Shown here piece after piece: positions 50,827 to 64,000 of a stretch of DNA of 64,000 nucleotides. Positions within the stretch are counted from its first letter, which is position 1; every line of letters starts with the position of its first letter. The notes below the pieces were generated by a model. The model was given only the letters and a program-made list of their open reading frames with translations. It was not told the DNA's origin and did no database searches. The translations under genes and the position numbers were made by a program. The DNA comes from Psammoneis japonica (taxonomy: Eukaryota): the NCBI GenBank assembly GCA_008632985.1, contig QPGO01000080.1, positions 310,001-374,000 on the forward strand, read 5' to 3'.

Positions 50827-52676
50827 CGTTTGCAAGCGAGAAAACAGAAAGCCTGAAGACAACAGAAACACACGCAGAGGCCGGCTTTGGGTGTGTTTTA
50901 CTGACAGGTCCATCTTTTGATTGGCGATGAGGGATGAGGGGACGGGAAAAAGAAGAAGTGTGCGACCACTAAATTCGGCAAAATTGAGACGCAGTTTGTG
51001 GTCGGCATTTGGCAAGTCGTCAAAAAGTGTGGGACACCCGCACCAGAAATGTCCATTTATGTCCCTGTTCACATGTGCGTAGAAGGTCATCTTTTAAGGA
51101 GCAACAAGCAATTGCACTCTATGTGCGATAAATGAAACGAATCGTGCATGTGTCACAAATTGGAAAATGTGTCAATTCTAAACATTCAGTGTTGTTGATT
51201 GTGTAAAATGTGTGGAACAAAAATGAGAATTGTCGCTGTGTCAAGCATGAGCAATCGTGCTGCAACATGGCACAAGAAAGAGAAACAAACAATGGAAAGA
51301 AATTTGGGCATGGCATCAATGGAGACGAGAATGGACAAGGCTCTGGAAGTTCTTTGCAAACAAAATGAAAACTTTGTGCAGAAACGTCAAAAGAAGCTCG
51401 CACTGCCAGCGACCAGGTGGCACAATGAGGAAACGACAAATGGCTTTGCAAGCAGAGCTTGTTGGGAAAAGGAGCGCCAATTGGAAGATGTGATGTGAAT
51501 GACAAAAGTGCAAATTTGAGTGATGCTCAATGTGAAGATGAAGAAGCAACAGATGCCAGCACAGCACATGGTCTCGGAGCAATCTGCGGCGGCGAAGGAA
51601 GTGAAAAAAATTTTGAGTGTGCCGCAGTTGCCATGGGACTCAAAATGGAGTGCAGGCTGAAAAACCATTGTGTGCGAGGGATGTGGGATTGCATGAAGTG
51701 TTGTCAGCCATTGTCAAAACCCGCTGGAAGTCCAGCAATTTAAAAGCAAGAGATGCTCAAGGCGAGGCAATGGCGGCTGTTTGTCATTGATGCCAAGCAG
51801 CTGATTGCACCACCCAAAATGAAAAAGGATCATTTGTTGAGCCAGCGCTGTTGGCAGCATGTGTTTGGCATGGATGCAAACTTTGGTGCTTGTTGTTGCA
51901 AGAATGGAAAATTTGGCAGATCAGCAAAATCTCTTGCAAATTCACAGAGTTTCAAAGGGTTGCTTTGACAAGCCCCAAAATCTCATTTTGCACAAGCATC
52001 ATTGGAAAGGGATGCATGAATGGATGCAACAAATGGAGCACAATGTTTGCTTTTGGTGCAAGCAACAGATGAAAAATGAAAGCAGAGCACCAGTTGTCAA
52101 ACATCTGTGGGGATGTTCAGAATTTCTTGACGAGGTGCAAGATGTTCCTTTCAACATCACCTTTGTGGATGGTTCCTCAATTGTGTGGACAAATGCACTT
52201 GTTTTGTGAGTGGTTGAAAGAAACCTGGTTTCCTTGCTGGCATTTGCAGAAATTTCTTGGATTCTGATCATGACACCTTGTTGAATGATTGCTGGCATTG
52301 TTTCCCCCATCTCTGGCATGCAAAGATGGCAAAGGACCAGTTGTGTTGAATTGCTGGTGTCATGATCAAAAACCAACAGACACACACATGTTCACATGCC
52401 AACAAATCTGACAGGGCCATTCATGTGTTCTTCATCAGATCAATTTGCTCCTGCAGTTTTGTGCCCAAAGAGCATTCGCACAGTTTGGTTTCATCAACAC
52501 AGCAATTCCTTCCAATTGAGTTGAATGGCATGTCATTGCAGAGGGGTTGATTCTGCAATGATGTGCAATGAAGGTGACTGCAATGTGGGCACAACATCAT
52601 TTCAAAGAATTGTGATGCACCATGCATTGCAGGACGAGATGATGTGAAAAATCATGCACGTTGCTTGGACAAGAAG

Positions 52677-55600
52677 TGCACTGTGCTCAAAGAACAAGCA
52701 CAAATGAAAGCAGAATCAAGCACGAAAAGTGAAAATTGTAAGATTTGTTTCTGCTCAATCATTTTGGGTTTCTCTGAACAAGCTCTCAATGGCCCAAAGC
52801 ATCTGCACTGTTCCTGTGGACAAGAGGCCTTTCGGAGAATGAGATCGTGACAACAGATTGTCCGGATGCGATTGACATTGACACACAAGATGTCAACATC
52901 ATCGCATGATCACACTTGCCATCAACCCACGATTGACGTGCAATTAGAGCACAAATTTGTTTGACATCTCAATGTGTGCATGTGCAATGCACACAACAAT
53001 GCATGTTGCACTCGCCTCCCCAGTTGCACATTGGAGTCAGTCGCCAAATGGCATGATCCGACGGACATTGACAGCATCAACGACGTCACCACATTTGATC
53101 TGCACTGTGCCATTGGCATGCACCGTTGTTGTCACATGTGGTCCAACATGGGCTGTTCTAGTTTCTGCGAGTCTTTCTCAAGCAGTGTCTTTTCTCTTCT
53201 GCACGTGCAAGGAGTGCATCGAGTGTTTTCTCGAGAGTTGTTTTTGTTTAAAATTTTTTGTTTTTGCTGCTGGATGAATTTCCAGACTGCGACATGTTGG
53301 ATGTTGAACATCATGTCAGTGTCAAAGACCAATTGTTGTCCAGGTGCAGCTTGCACAGCAGCATGATGCGCAGAACGCACTGCAAATGCTGCTGCTGACA
53401 ACATTCCAGCATGTCTTTGAGAGTGTCTTGTTTGTCTCACGCTCTGTGCACATGTGTGGCATTGCGTCAAGCATTCTCTCTGACGTTTTTTGTTCATGTG
53501 GACAGCACAAGGACCAAATGTCCTGCTGTTCTTTCATGGTGTTGATTGTACACAGCATTTTGCCCAGTGCTCAATGCATGCTCCCAATTGTGGCGCTCAC
53601 TTGCTCACTTGTGGATTTCGTGCAGTTTGGCGGGCTTGCTTCATGCACCACATTGCTCTGCTGCACTGCCACGTTTCTCAAGCAGCGATTGACGATGGTC
53701 AAGTGTGTGACCATTTCATCTTGACAATCAATCCTGTGATGGCTGTGAGTTCCATCATGGATTTTTTGCACTTCAGCCATCCATCAGTTGGATTTTAATC
53801 GTCATTTGGACGTTTCTTTTTGACATGCTGGTGTCATTTTGTCATTCTGAAGGCACTGCTTTTGTGCACTGAGTGGACAAATGTCCATTTTTCTTTTCTT
53901 TTTCTGAATCTTTGGCACATCTCGTGTGTCGACATGATGCATGTTTAATGTCTTGCCTCGTGCATTGCACAATGCAACCGTGTGGTGTTTGAGATTGTCT
54001 TTTGCCAGTGTGAAGTGGATGCTGTGCAATCGTGCACCAATCTGTCACAGAGTTTTTCCAACCATCCTCATGCAAGACGATTTTATCCTTGTGACATGAG
54101 CATTTTTCAATCTTGCTCGCCTCCACGAAAAGTGTTTGCATGATGTGTCATTTCCAACAATTTGGAGGGAAATGTCTTTGTCCCATTTTAATGGCAGGAC
54201 AGTGTTGCAGGATTCAATTTTCCACAGCAAGTCGGCTGATCACGTCTGTCACGATGATGTTCGCCTTGCCCTCAATTTGTTTTATTTTGGGACTGAAGTT
54301 TTCCATTGTAAGTTGCCAATGCATGACTTTGTCCATTGTGTCTTGTGATCCATGTGCACATTAATCTGTTGGACAAACAGCGTGTTTTGGAATTTCACAA
54401 GTTTTTTCACCATGGACAGAAGTTCTTTTTTCCGCTGCAATGTGCAATGTTGAAATTCGTGCATGATGACAACACAGTTTTTGATTTGATGCACTCCACA
54501 TTTTTGGAGACTTTTCATTCTGCACTTGTCCTTTTGCCGTTTGACCTTTGTTGAGGTGAATCTGGCTGGCATTGCACAGGAGATCATTGAGACCACATGT
54601 CTTGACAGTGTCAACGTGTGATGATGAGATGTCGCAGTGTTCTTTGCGTTTTTCTCAGCGTTGCGATTGCTTGAATTGCCTCCATTTTCTTTGCAATCGA
54701 TTGCATGTTGTTGCGTGTGGAAGTCTTGACAGTTCATTTCAAGTTAAATGGCGGAGTTTCTGTTGTCAACCTTCAAAGCGACTGCTCCAGTTGCCCAATG
54801 CTGTTTCAAGCTTTTCTTGTGCAGGTGCACTGTGCTTGAAGAACGAGCACAAACGAAAGCAGAGTCAAGTGTGAAAAGTGAAAATCATGAGATTCATTTC
54901 TGTCCAATCATTTTGGGTTTCTCTGAATGAGTTCTCAATGGCCTGAGGCACTTGCACTGTTCCCACAGACAAGAGGCCTTTTGGAGATTAAGATTGTGAC
55001 AACAGATTGTCCGGATGCAATTGATGTTGACACATGAGATGTCAACATCATCGCACGATTGCATTTGCCATTTTTGACATCCGATCAATTTTGTGTGATT
55101 GATCTGTCCTTCGTACGAACCCACGATTGATGTGCGATTGAAGTGCAAATTCACTTAACATCTTTGCATGTGCATGTGCAATGTGCGCAACAATGCATGT
55201 TGCACTCGCCTCCCCAATTGCACATTGGAGTCAGTCATCAAACAGCGCAATTTGACGAATGTTGACAGTGTCAAGGACGTCACCGCATTTGATCTGCACT
55301 GTGCCATCAGTGTGTGCCGTTGTCATCACATGTGGTCCAATGCAGGGCTGTTCCAGTTTCTGTGAGTCTTTCTCGAGCAGCATCTTTTCTCCTGCTCTGT
55401 GTGTGCAAGGAGCACATCAAGCATTCTCTCGAGCATTGTTTTTATTTGCAATTTTTTGTTTTTGCTGCTGGATGAATTTCCAGTCTGCAACATGTTGGAC
55501 GTCAAATGTCACGTCTCTGTTAAAGACCAATTGTCCAGGTGTGGCTTGCATGGCAGTGTGATGCACAGAACGTGCTGCAAGTGCCACTGCTGACAATGAT

Positions 55601-58600
55601 CCAGCAAAAGGATCTTCAGCATCCAGAGGTGCATGTTGTAAATCAAGTGTGTGGATCATGTTTCCCAACACTTGATGTGCGCATTCAACAATTGTGTTTG
55701 CTTGTGGATTTCGTGCAGTTGCAGGCTTGACTTCAATGCCGTGATCATCTTGCACCATGTCCTTAAATTGGTGTCCAATGAACTCACTTCCACGATCACA
55801 AGTGATCAACGATGGCCAAGGACATCTGCTCAACCATGTCCATTCTAATGATCCAGCTGCAGTTGTGGATTCCTCATTTGGAATTTCCACAACTTCACAC
55901 CATCCAGTTGCTGGATCAATCATTGTCGAACACTTCAGGGCTGGGGGTTTCTTCTTTCCCTTGCGATGCATTTTGTATGGTCCAACAAGATCCACACACA
56001 GTCATTCCCATGGCACTGATTCTGCACACTTGGGAGGTAAATGTCCGCATTTCTTGTGTTTCTTTTTGAATTTTGGCACGCCTCACATCTTGACACGCAT
56101 TTTTGCATGTCTTCACACAAGCAGACCACCACAAGTGTTGTGAGATTGTTTCTTCTGTTCGATTTATGCCAGGGTGAAGAAGGTGCGCATGATGCCAATC
56201 CATCACTGCCTTTTGCAACGTCTTTGGAACGACGATTTTGTCCTTGTGACATGTGAGCAACCGGTCTTGCTCGCCTCCATGAAAAGTCTTCGCGTGAATG
56301 GTCTTGTTGGACAATTTGGTGAGAATGTCTTTGTCTCATTTTTGTTCAGCATCAAGAACTTTGCAGTTTAATGGAAAGACATTGTCTTGCAGGATTTTGG
56401 TGGGACCTTCTCAGCCAACTCTTCTGTGCTGAGGTTTTCCACAGGTTCTGTTTTTTTCATCGTAAGTTGGCCAATTGCATCTGCGACAATGTTCGCCTTG
56501 CCCTCAAGGCACATTGTTTTGAGACTGCATTCTTCTGTCATTAAATGCCAACACATGACTGTGTCCGTTGTGAAATTTTTGTGAGATTTTTGTGGTCTGT
56601 GTGTGTGTTTGTCTGTTGGCCAAACAGCATGTTTTGGAACTCTTTCAACATCTCCACTGAGGACAATGGCTCTTTTTCCATTGCAGTGTAACGCATCTGC
56701 ACTCCATTCAGCTTGCAGCTGCAGAAGGCAATTGGTCGGTTGTTCTGTGTGACAACCGCCCCCAATTGAGAATTGCTCGCATCAGCATGTCTCTCAAAGG
56801 GTGTGTTGAAATTCGGACATGACAATGGCACATCTTTGGAGATGATGCGCTTCATGTTTTTGAAGGCTTTTTGTTCTGTTTTGGTCCATTGCCAATTTGC
56901 TTGGTCTGAAGCAAGTTTGGCCAAAGGAGCTAGAACATGAGATCATCGAGGCCACATGTCTCGAAAGCAGTTGATCACGCCGATGAAGCGCCGCAATTCC
57001 TTGCGAGTTGCAGGAGTTGCAATCGCGTGAATCACTTCTACCTTCTTTGGAATGGGGCTGATGCCATTGTGGGTGACATGAAAGTCCAGATGGTCCACTT
57101 CGGGTTCAGTGAAAAAAGACGTTTTGGCATTGACCTTCAACCCGGCTTGTTCAAGGTGCAAAAACACCGTCTCAAGCTTCTTGAGGTGGTCTTGGAAATC
57201 ACCTTTTGTCAGGCACAGTGTGTCGTTGACACAAGTCCTGACAAACTCCAGACCTGCCATGAGCTCACTCACGTGCTCTTGGAAAACATCTGGAGCTCCA
57301 CAGATTCCCACGGGGAGTCCACAGCAGTCACATTTGCCCCAAGGCATGACAATCATGCACAAACGACGTGCACGCAGCATCAATTCAACATGACAGCATC
57401 CCACATTTAAATCAAGGGATGTTGCACACATGAAACCTTCAACTTTCTGCAGCACATCCTGAACATTGGGCAGAGGAAATGGCGCACGCATTGACCTCTT
57501 GTTCAGCTCACAAAAGTCGGATAAAAACCAAACTCAACCATTTTTCTTTGGTTGAACAAAGGTTGGAGCTGCCCATTCAGAACAATTTGTTTTTCTTGAC
57601 ACTTTTAATTTACACAGTTTTTCAACCTCCTTTCAAGCAGTCACCTCCAAGGCTTGTGGTGCGGGAAATGGTTTGGCATGACACGGACTCGCACCCGATT
57701 TCAACTTTAAATCCATCAAAAAGGTTTTCAAATCTTTCTGAGAGGAAGTTTGGCTGCTTCTGCTCTTCTGGGGTTAGATGAGTTGCTGCTGCTGTCACAT
57801 TGTCAAGGTCAGCAGCATGACAATCTGAGTCAAGGATCCAATTGACCCTGTCATTGAGGCTGATCACAGCATGAGATTCCTCAATGTGATTGGCAATCAA
57901 CTTAAAAACATCGACATTGAAGAGTGCATCAACATTCTTCATGGGCGCAGTTGCATCCTCCCATTTGATCTCTTCATTCAAGAAGTCTAACACTGTCCCA
58001 AGACTTGACATTAAAAGTCGCATCCCATGATCATGTCATGATGACTCGAAGAAGAAGGGGCATTGTCAACATGTGCCGTTGTTTCAATCATCTTGTGTTC
58101 ATCAAATTCGGGCAAGGAGAATTGGGCTTTGCACCGACCATCAGTCGTAAAGTGCCCTCCTTTGGTTTCCCAAATTTTGGTGGCGGGTGTTTTTGTTCTG
58201 AGTTGGTTTCCACGTGAATTTGCGCAAAATTGTGGTTGACGATGTTCCGCTGTCAAGGAGAATGCGCAGAGGCTTGTTTTTCGCTTTGCCCAATGAGGCA
58301 CTCACACAAGCGACAACTGCTGGACTAGCACGAATTGCTTTGGCCCTTTTCTGGGCTTCCCAATGTCCAGCAATGCACGAGACCCCTCTTGCGGTGCAAG
58401 TCATTCGTCAGAATCGCTGTGCATCATTTTTTCAAATTGACAGTTCTCCTCATCAAGGGTGTCAGAGTCGCAATCTTTGCTCTTGCGCTTTTTTCCCTTG
58501 TTTGAGGAACTCGCTTTGAGTGTTTTTTGAACTGCCTGGACTGCCGTGGCATTCAACTCTTCCTTGCAAGAGGCATTTTCGTCATCGCAATGTGACCACG

Positions 58601-61402
58601 TGTGATTGCCATTTGAACGGCGCTGTTTTGGATCACGCTCAATGTTTCCACAGCATTCTTCTGCCAGCTTCTTAATCAACCAGCATTTGTCCGTGTTGTG
58701 AGTGGATTTTTCGCATGAAATGCACCACTTCTCGGACTGAGAATTTTCGGCACTGTGTTGGTGACCATTTTTGGAACCACGTTTGGCGCCATTCTTGGCT
58801 TTCGATCCAGCACTGCCACTGGGATCAGCCTTGACATGAATGCTGTCAAATGCATCCTCTGCAACCTCTGGGCACTCCAGAAACTCAACCAACCCATTGT
58901 GGGTGTGTTTCAAAATTTCGAGACCTTGGACGGTCGACTGATGCTGCCACTTTTGAGGTGCAAGATTAAAGAGGATGTTCTTGAGCTCATCCTCCTCGAT
59001 CTTCTGATCCTCTCCAAAGGAAGGATGGAATTTGAGGTCTTCGTTGACTTCCTGCACCCAAGCAGCAATTTTGCAAACTTTCTTGGACTCTGTCTTCTTG
59101 AGATCGCGACGCAAACAACGTTTCTGAATCTGGAGTGCATTCTTGGGAAACACATGTCGCGCAAGGTGCTGCAGGCATTTCTCAAAGCTTCCTTCTTCAG
59201 ATTCGTCTTCAACATTCGTTGCTCCATTCTCAAAAGCATGCAGAGCATCTCCTTGCAACAGCACACGCATGAGACGAAACTCATCCGCTTGCTTCTTGAT
59301 GTTCTGGCCCACTGGAAGTTGATCGCAGCTCTTGAGAAATTCGATGCACTTGGGAACGCCCTGCTTCTTGTGGTGCTCGACATTGACAGTGCAGGTGTGA
59401 CCATCCTTCTTCTTGGGATAAAAACACTGCTCCATCTTGAGACACTGACTTGGTTTGAGCATCTTCAGCTCAGAATTTGATTCCAACGGCTGAGGAACGA
59501 TTTTCTCTTGCCTTGACAAAGTCTTGGCATTGGCTGCATGAGGTGAAAGCTTCATCTGCGACTTGTCACCTTCTGTGGTGTGCATGCACAATGCACTGTG
59601 CTCGAAGAACAAGCACAAATGAAAGTGGAGTCAAGCATGAAAAGTGAAAATTACAAGATTTGTTTCCATCCAATCATTTTGGGTTTCTCCGAATGAGCTC
59701 TCAATGGCCCAAGGCATTTGTGCTGTTCCCACAGACAAGAGGCCTTTCAAAGAATGAGATCGTGACAACAGATTGTCTGGGTGCGATTGACATTGACACG
59801 TGGGATGTCAACATCATCGTGCGATCATGTTTGCCATTTTTGACATCTGATCAATTCTGTGTGTGATTGATCTGTCCTTTGTGCGAACCCACGATTGACG
59901 TGCAATTGAAGTGCAAATTCATTTGATGTCTTCATGTGTGCACATGTGATGTGCATGACAATGCATGTTGCACAGGTGATGTTTTGAAGTCACTTTTTGT
60001 CAGGCACAAACGATCATGTGTGGTTGTTCTGACAACTTCAAACCTGTCATGAGTTCACTCATGTGTTGCACAAAAATGTCTGGGGCTCTGTGGATTCTTG
60101 TTGGAAGTCTGCAGCACTTGTTTTTTCCCCACGGCATGACTTTTGTGTTGGCAAGACATGTGCTTTTTTAATTTGATGTGACAGTGTCCCACATTCAAAT
60201 CGAGTGAGGTCATGTGCATGAAACCTCCTGGTTTCTGAAGCACATCCTGAACATTTGGTGGAGGATGTGGTGTGCATGCTGGCCTCTTGTTCAGTTCACG
60301 AAAGTTGGACAGAAACCGAGCTTTGACCATTTTTCTATTTTTTTTAAGGTTGGAGCTGTCCATTCAGAACAGCTCATTTTTCTTTGGGACTTTTAGCTCA
60401 CAGAGCCTTTCAATCTCCTTGCAAGTCACCTCCAAGGCTTGTGGAAACAGGGAACCTTTCGCGTGATGCAGTTTCAAGCCAGATTTCACTGCAAGGTTTT
60501 CCAGTCCACTCGCCTGGAGAACCATCAAAAAGAGATTTAAATTTTTCAAAGGGAAGATCAACTGCTTCAGCTCCTCTGGAGCCAGACAAGTTGCCGCAGC
60601 TGTCACATTGTTGAGATTGGCAGCATGACAATGTGAGTCGAGGACCATTGGTTCCATCATTGACTCCATTCACGGTGTCACATTTTTCAATGTGATTGGC
60701 ACTCAGCTGGAAACATCGGCTTCGAAGAGTGGATCAACATTCTTCATAGATGCAGTTGCTTCTCCCTCTTTAATTTCTTCAGTTGCACAGTCCAATGTGA
60801 TTTCAATGCTGGACATTAAGTCGTGTCTCATGATCGTGTCACATGGACTTGAAGAAGATGTTGTGTCATCAACATGTGCTGTTTGAACATCAGCATGTCT
60901 TAAATTTGCACAGTCAGAACTGAATTTGGTGTTTGCCAGCAGTTGCAAAGAGCTCACCCTTGGTTTCCCAAGTTTTTGGTGGCGGATTCTTGTGTTCTCA
61001 ACTTTCGCATGAATTTGCGCAAAGTTGTGGTTGCTTGTTTCTCTCCTTCCCCAAGGAAGCATTCACGCAAATGATGACTCCTGGACCAGTGTGAATCATT
61101 TCTGCCTTTTTTCCAGGCTTCCCAATGTCCAGTGGAGCATGCAATTCGTGAACAGAGCCAAGTTGTTCTTCAGATTCACTCTGGATCATCCGATCAACTT
61201 GGCAATTTTCTTCACTGAGGGTGTCAGAATCCAAATCTTTGCCCTCATGCTCTTTTTCTTTGTTCAAGGAACTCGCTTTGAGTGTTTTTTGTACCGCCTG
61301 ATCAATCATGACGTTCAACTCTTTTTTGCGAGCGGCATTTTTGTTGTCGCGACGCGACCACATGCGATTGCCATTTGAACGGTGCATTTTTGGGTCTCTT
61401 TC
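52677..61402 (-). mobile_element. Duplicate of the older Gypsy element (host of the nested copy)
   Basis: Copy of 2977-11710. Confidence 0.85.
54826..59972 (-). mobile_element. Duplicate of the full-length Gypsy element
   Basis: Copy of 5131-10280 with the CAGG TSD on both sides. Confidence 0.93.
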
Positions 61403-62140
61403 AGAGTCACTGAACAAATGCTGACACACTGTCACGAACACAGGCAGTTTATGTGCTGTTGGTGATTGGTCCACTTTTGCTCATTTAGTGGCCCCGGCAG
61501 CACAACATCTCACAATTCTGGAACCTGTTGATGCTGTTCAACACTCTGTCTTGTCTCACACCCAATTCTCAGCCATCATGGTGGCATTTGTTCACTTTGT
61601 CAGAGCCAACACGCTGTGATGTTCATTGCCTGGAACGGGCATCACAAACGGTGTGACGGCATCGTTGCGATCGATCGATTTTTGTGGCTGGCACCATGTT
61701 GGTCCCATGGTTGCTCACGCAATCGCTGAGTCCTTTGCATGTGTCAATGTTCATGGACATGAACGACATGCTCTTGGAGACCAGAGCTGAGATCCATCAG
61801 ACATGACATCAGTGGACGGAATGTTTGATCACGTGGATGGAACATGTTGGCCAAGGCACACAAACATTCGTGACAAAGACAACACAATGATTTGTGCATT
61901 GAGGTCTGTTGTTTGATCACACACATTTCATCAATCAGAGTGTGTTGTCAAACTGTTTGGACACTGCACATGTGGATGCATGTCTGTTGCTGATTGTCAC
62001 TCAGGAGTGACGCCGCCTGCTCGTGGGTTCGCCAAGTGGAAACCGCCAAATCGGCACGAGAACCACACATTTTTCTCACTTTTCCCCACTCACACAAGTG
62101 GATGCTCACGCGTTGAAACGCGAATGTCTGCTGATGCACC

Positions 62141-63290
62141 ATGGCCACTGCCACAGCCTTTGCCGCTTGTCTTGCACATTGTGGATGCAATGCGCAGACG
62201 CGTGCCTGCACAGCCCATCAAGGCTTTGCTGCTGTTGAGGACTTGGAACAGGTCCCTTTGACAGAAATTGCTGACATGACCAAGGGCATCATGAAAAGCA
62301 TGGATGCCACTGCCAACCCCCAAGTCCGCTTCCCACACCTGGTGAATCGCAAGCTCAAGGCACCAGGTGCATGGATTGACCACCGCAGGGCCCAAAACCA
62401 AGAGCTGGCCACTGCTCTCTTCACTGGCGACGTTGTTGGAACATGGACGGCACGTCTCATGGAACTGGAACAATTCAAGTCAGCAGACTCAGATGACAAA
62501 TCGGCTGCCAAGTCGGCCATGGAGCTCAAGAATCCATGTGGCTGGCCCACCTTCCAAGAGTCACTGGAGACCAAACTGTGCAATCATCGCAGTGCCGTCA
62601 CAGGCGTGCCCCTCATCTGCCTGACAAGGGAGCATGAAGACGTCACCGCCGAAATGTTGGCTGCCACCTGCACCATCATTGACGAGGACCTCATTGCCAC
62701 TGCTCGACTTGCAGGAGCTCAGCACATGCAGGACAGGCAACGCCTGTGTGATCTCTTGAAGAAGTCAGTGACAGGGGGGCCCGGATGGGCTTTTGTCAAA
62801 CCTTCCAATCGCAATCGCAATGGTTGCACTGCTTTCTTTGCACTTGAGAGGCAGGCAGAAGGATCGGCTGCCGCCACCACCCGAAAAAAACGTGCTGCTC
62901 ATGCACAGATTGCCACTGCGGAAGCACACTGGATGGGGTCGATTCACTTTCGACCAGTGCGTTCAACGCCATCAAAAGGCTCACAACAACTTGTCTGAGC
63001 TTGATGAACCAGCAGCCGAGACCAAGAAGGTCTCTGACTTTCCAAAGGGCATCTCCGACCCCAGGTTGGAAACTGGTGAGAGTGCAGTGGACGGTGACCC
63101 GATGAAGCTCACAGATTTCGAAGCATGCCAGCAGCACATGAAGACTCTGGCAGAAAATGCAAAGAACCACAATGCTGACACTTGTGGAATCGCGTCCATC
63201 AAACGCCACAACAACCGGTGCAGAAACCCTGGCGGAAAGCGCCAACCTAAAAAGGACAAGCCCAGGATCCGGGCAGGCCATTGTCCTGTT
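62141..63290 (+). pseudogene. Duplicate of the Copia gag fragment
   Basis: Copy of 12449-13597 with one extra frameshift near 62920. Confidence 0.7.
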
Positions 63291-64000
63291 GATCAAACCA
63301 TCCGGTTGCTGGATCAATCATTGTCAAACATTTCAGGACTGGGGATTTCTTCTTTCCCTCATGACACATTTTGTATGGTCCAATGAGATCCACACACAGT
63401 CGTTCCCATGGCACTGATTCTGCACACCCAGGAGGCAAATGTCCGCATTTCTTGTGTTTCTTTTTGAGTTTTTGGCACGTCTCACATCTCGACACGTGTT
63501 TTCGCATGTCTTCACGCAAGGTGGACCACCACAAGTGTTGTGAGATTGTTTCTTCTGTTTGATTTGTGCCAGGGTGAAGAAGGTGTGCATGACACCAATC
63601 TGTCACTGCCTTGCAACGTCTTTGGAATGACGATTTTATCCTTGTGACATGTGAGCACCTAGTCTCGCTTGCCTCCATGAAAAGTCTTTGTGTGAAATGT
63701 CTTGTTGGACAATTTGGAGAGAATGTCTTTTTCCCGTTTTTGTTCTGTGTCAAGAACTTTGCAATTTAATGGAAAGACATTGTCGCAGGATTTTGGCAGG
63801 ACCTTCTCAGCCAACTCTTCTGTGCTGAGGTTTTCCATGGGTTCTGTTTTTTTCACAGCAAGTCAGCCAATCGCATCTGTGACAACATTTGCCTTGCCCT
63901 CGAGGTGTGTCATTTCGGGACTGCACTCTTTTGTCATCAGATGCCAATGCACGACTCTGTCCGTTGTGAAATTTTTGTGTGTGAGATTTTTGTGGTCCGT
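63291..64000 (-). mobile_element. Duplicate of the third Gypsy pol fragment (runs off the window)
   Basis: Copy of 13598-14306. Confidence 0.85.

Larger units (their letters stand above)
49702..64000 (+). repeat. Second, near-identical copy of window 1-14306 (period ~49.7 kb)
   Basis: ctttcaccggtgctggg at 1 and 49702; the ORF track repeats with offset 49692-49701 to the end of the window. Confidence 0.98.

Overview
Eukaryotic DNA, most likely from a pennate diatom (inferred from CoDi-type Copia elements, short GT-AG introns and K/S/G-rich secreted protein motifs). Most of the window is nested, decayed transposons: Ty3/Gypsy inside Gypsy, a full Copia carrying two TIR inserts, and a P-like transposase interrupted by a PIF/Harbinger element. 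Two islands of ordinary host sequence interrupt this (~37.95-43.1 kb and ~47.3-50.45 kb). Bases 49702-64000 re-copy 1-14306. The main signal is a repeat-targeted, sharply bounded A:T->G:C hypermutation: in the TE domains almost every TpA has become TpG or CpA. Conserved Tyr codons read Cys or His, paired LTRs and TIRs differ TA/TG/CA at the same sites, surviving TA sits mostly in YTAR contexts, and the process appears to run ahead of CpG decay and to spill into adjacent host genes. It looks like a RIP-like genome defence acting on adenine rather than cytosine. The mechanism cannot be read from the sequence, and no counts or database searches were run.
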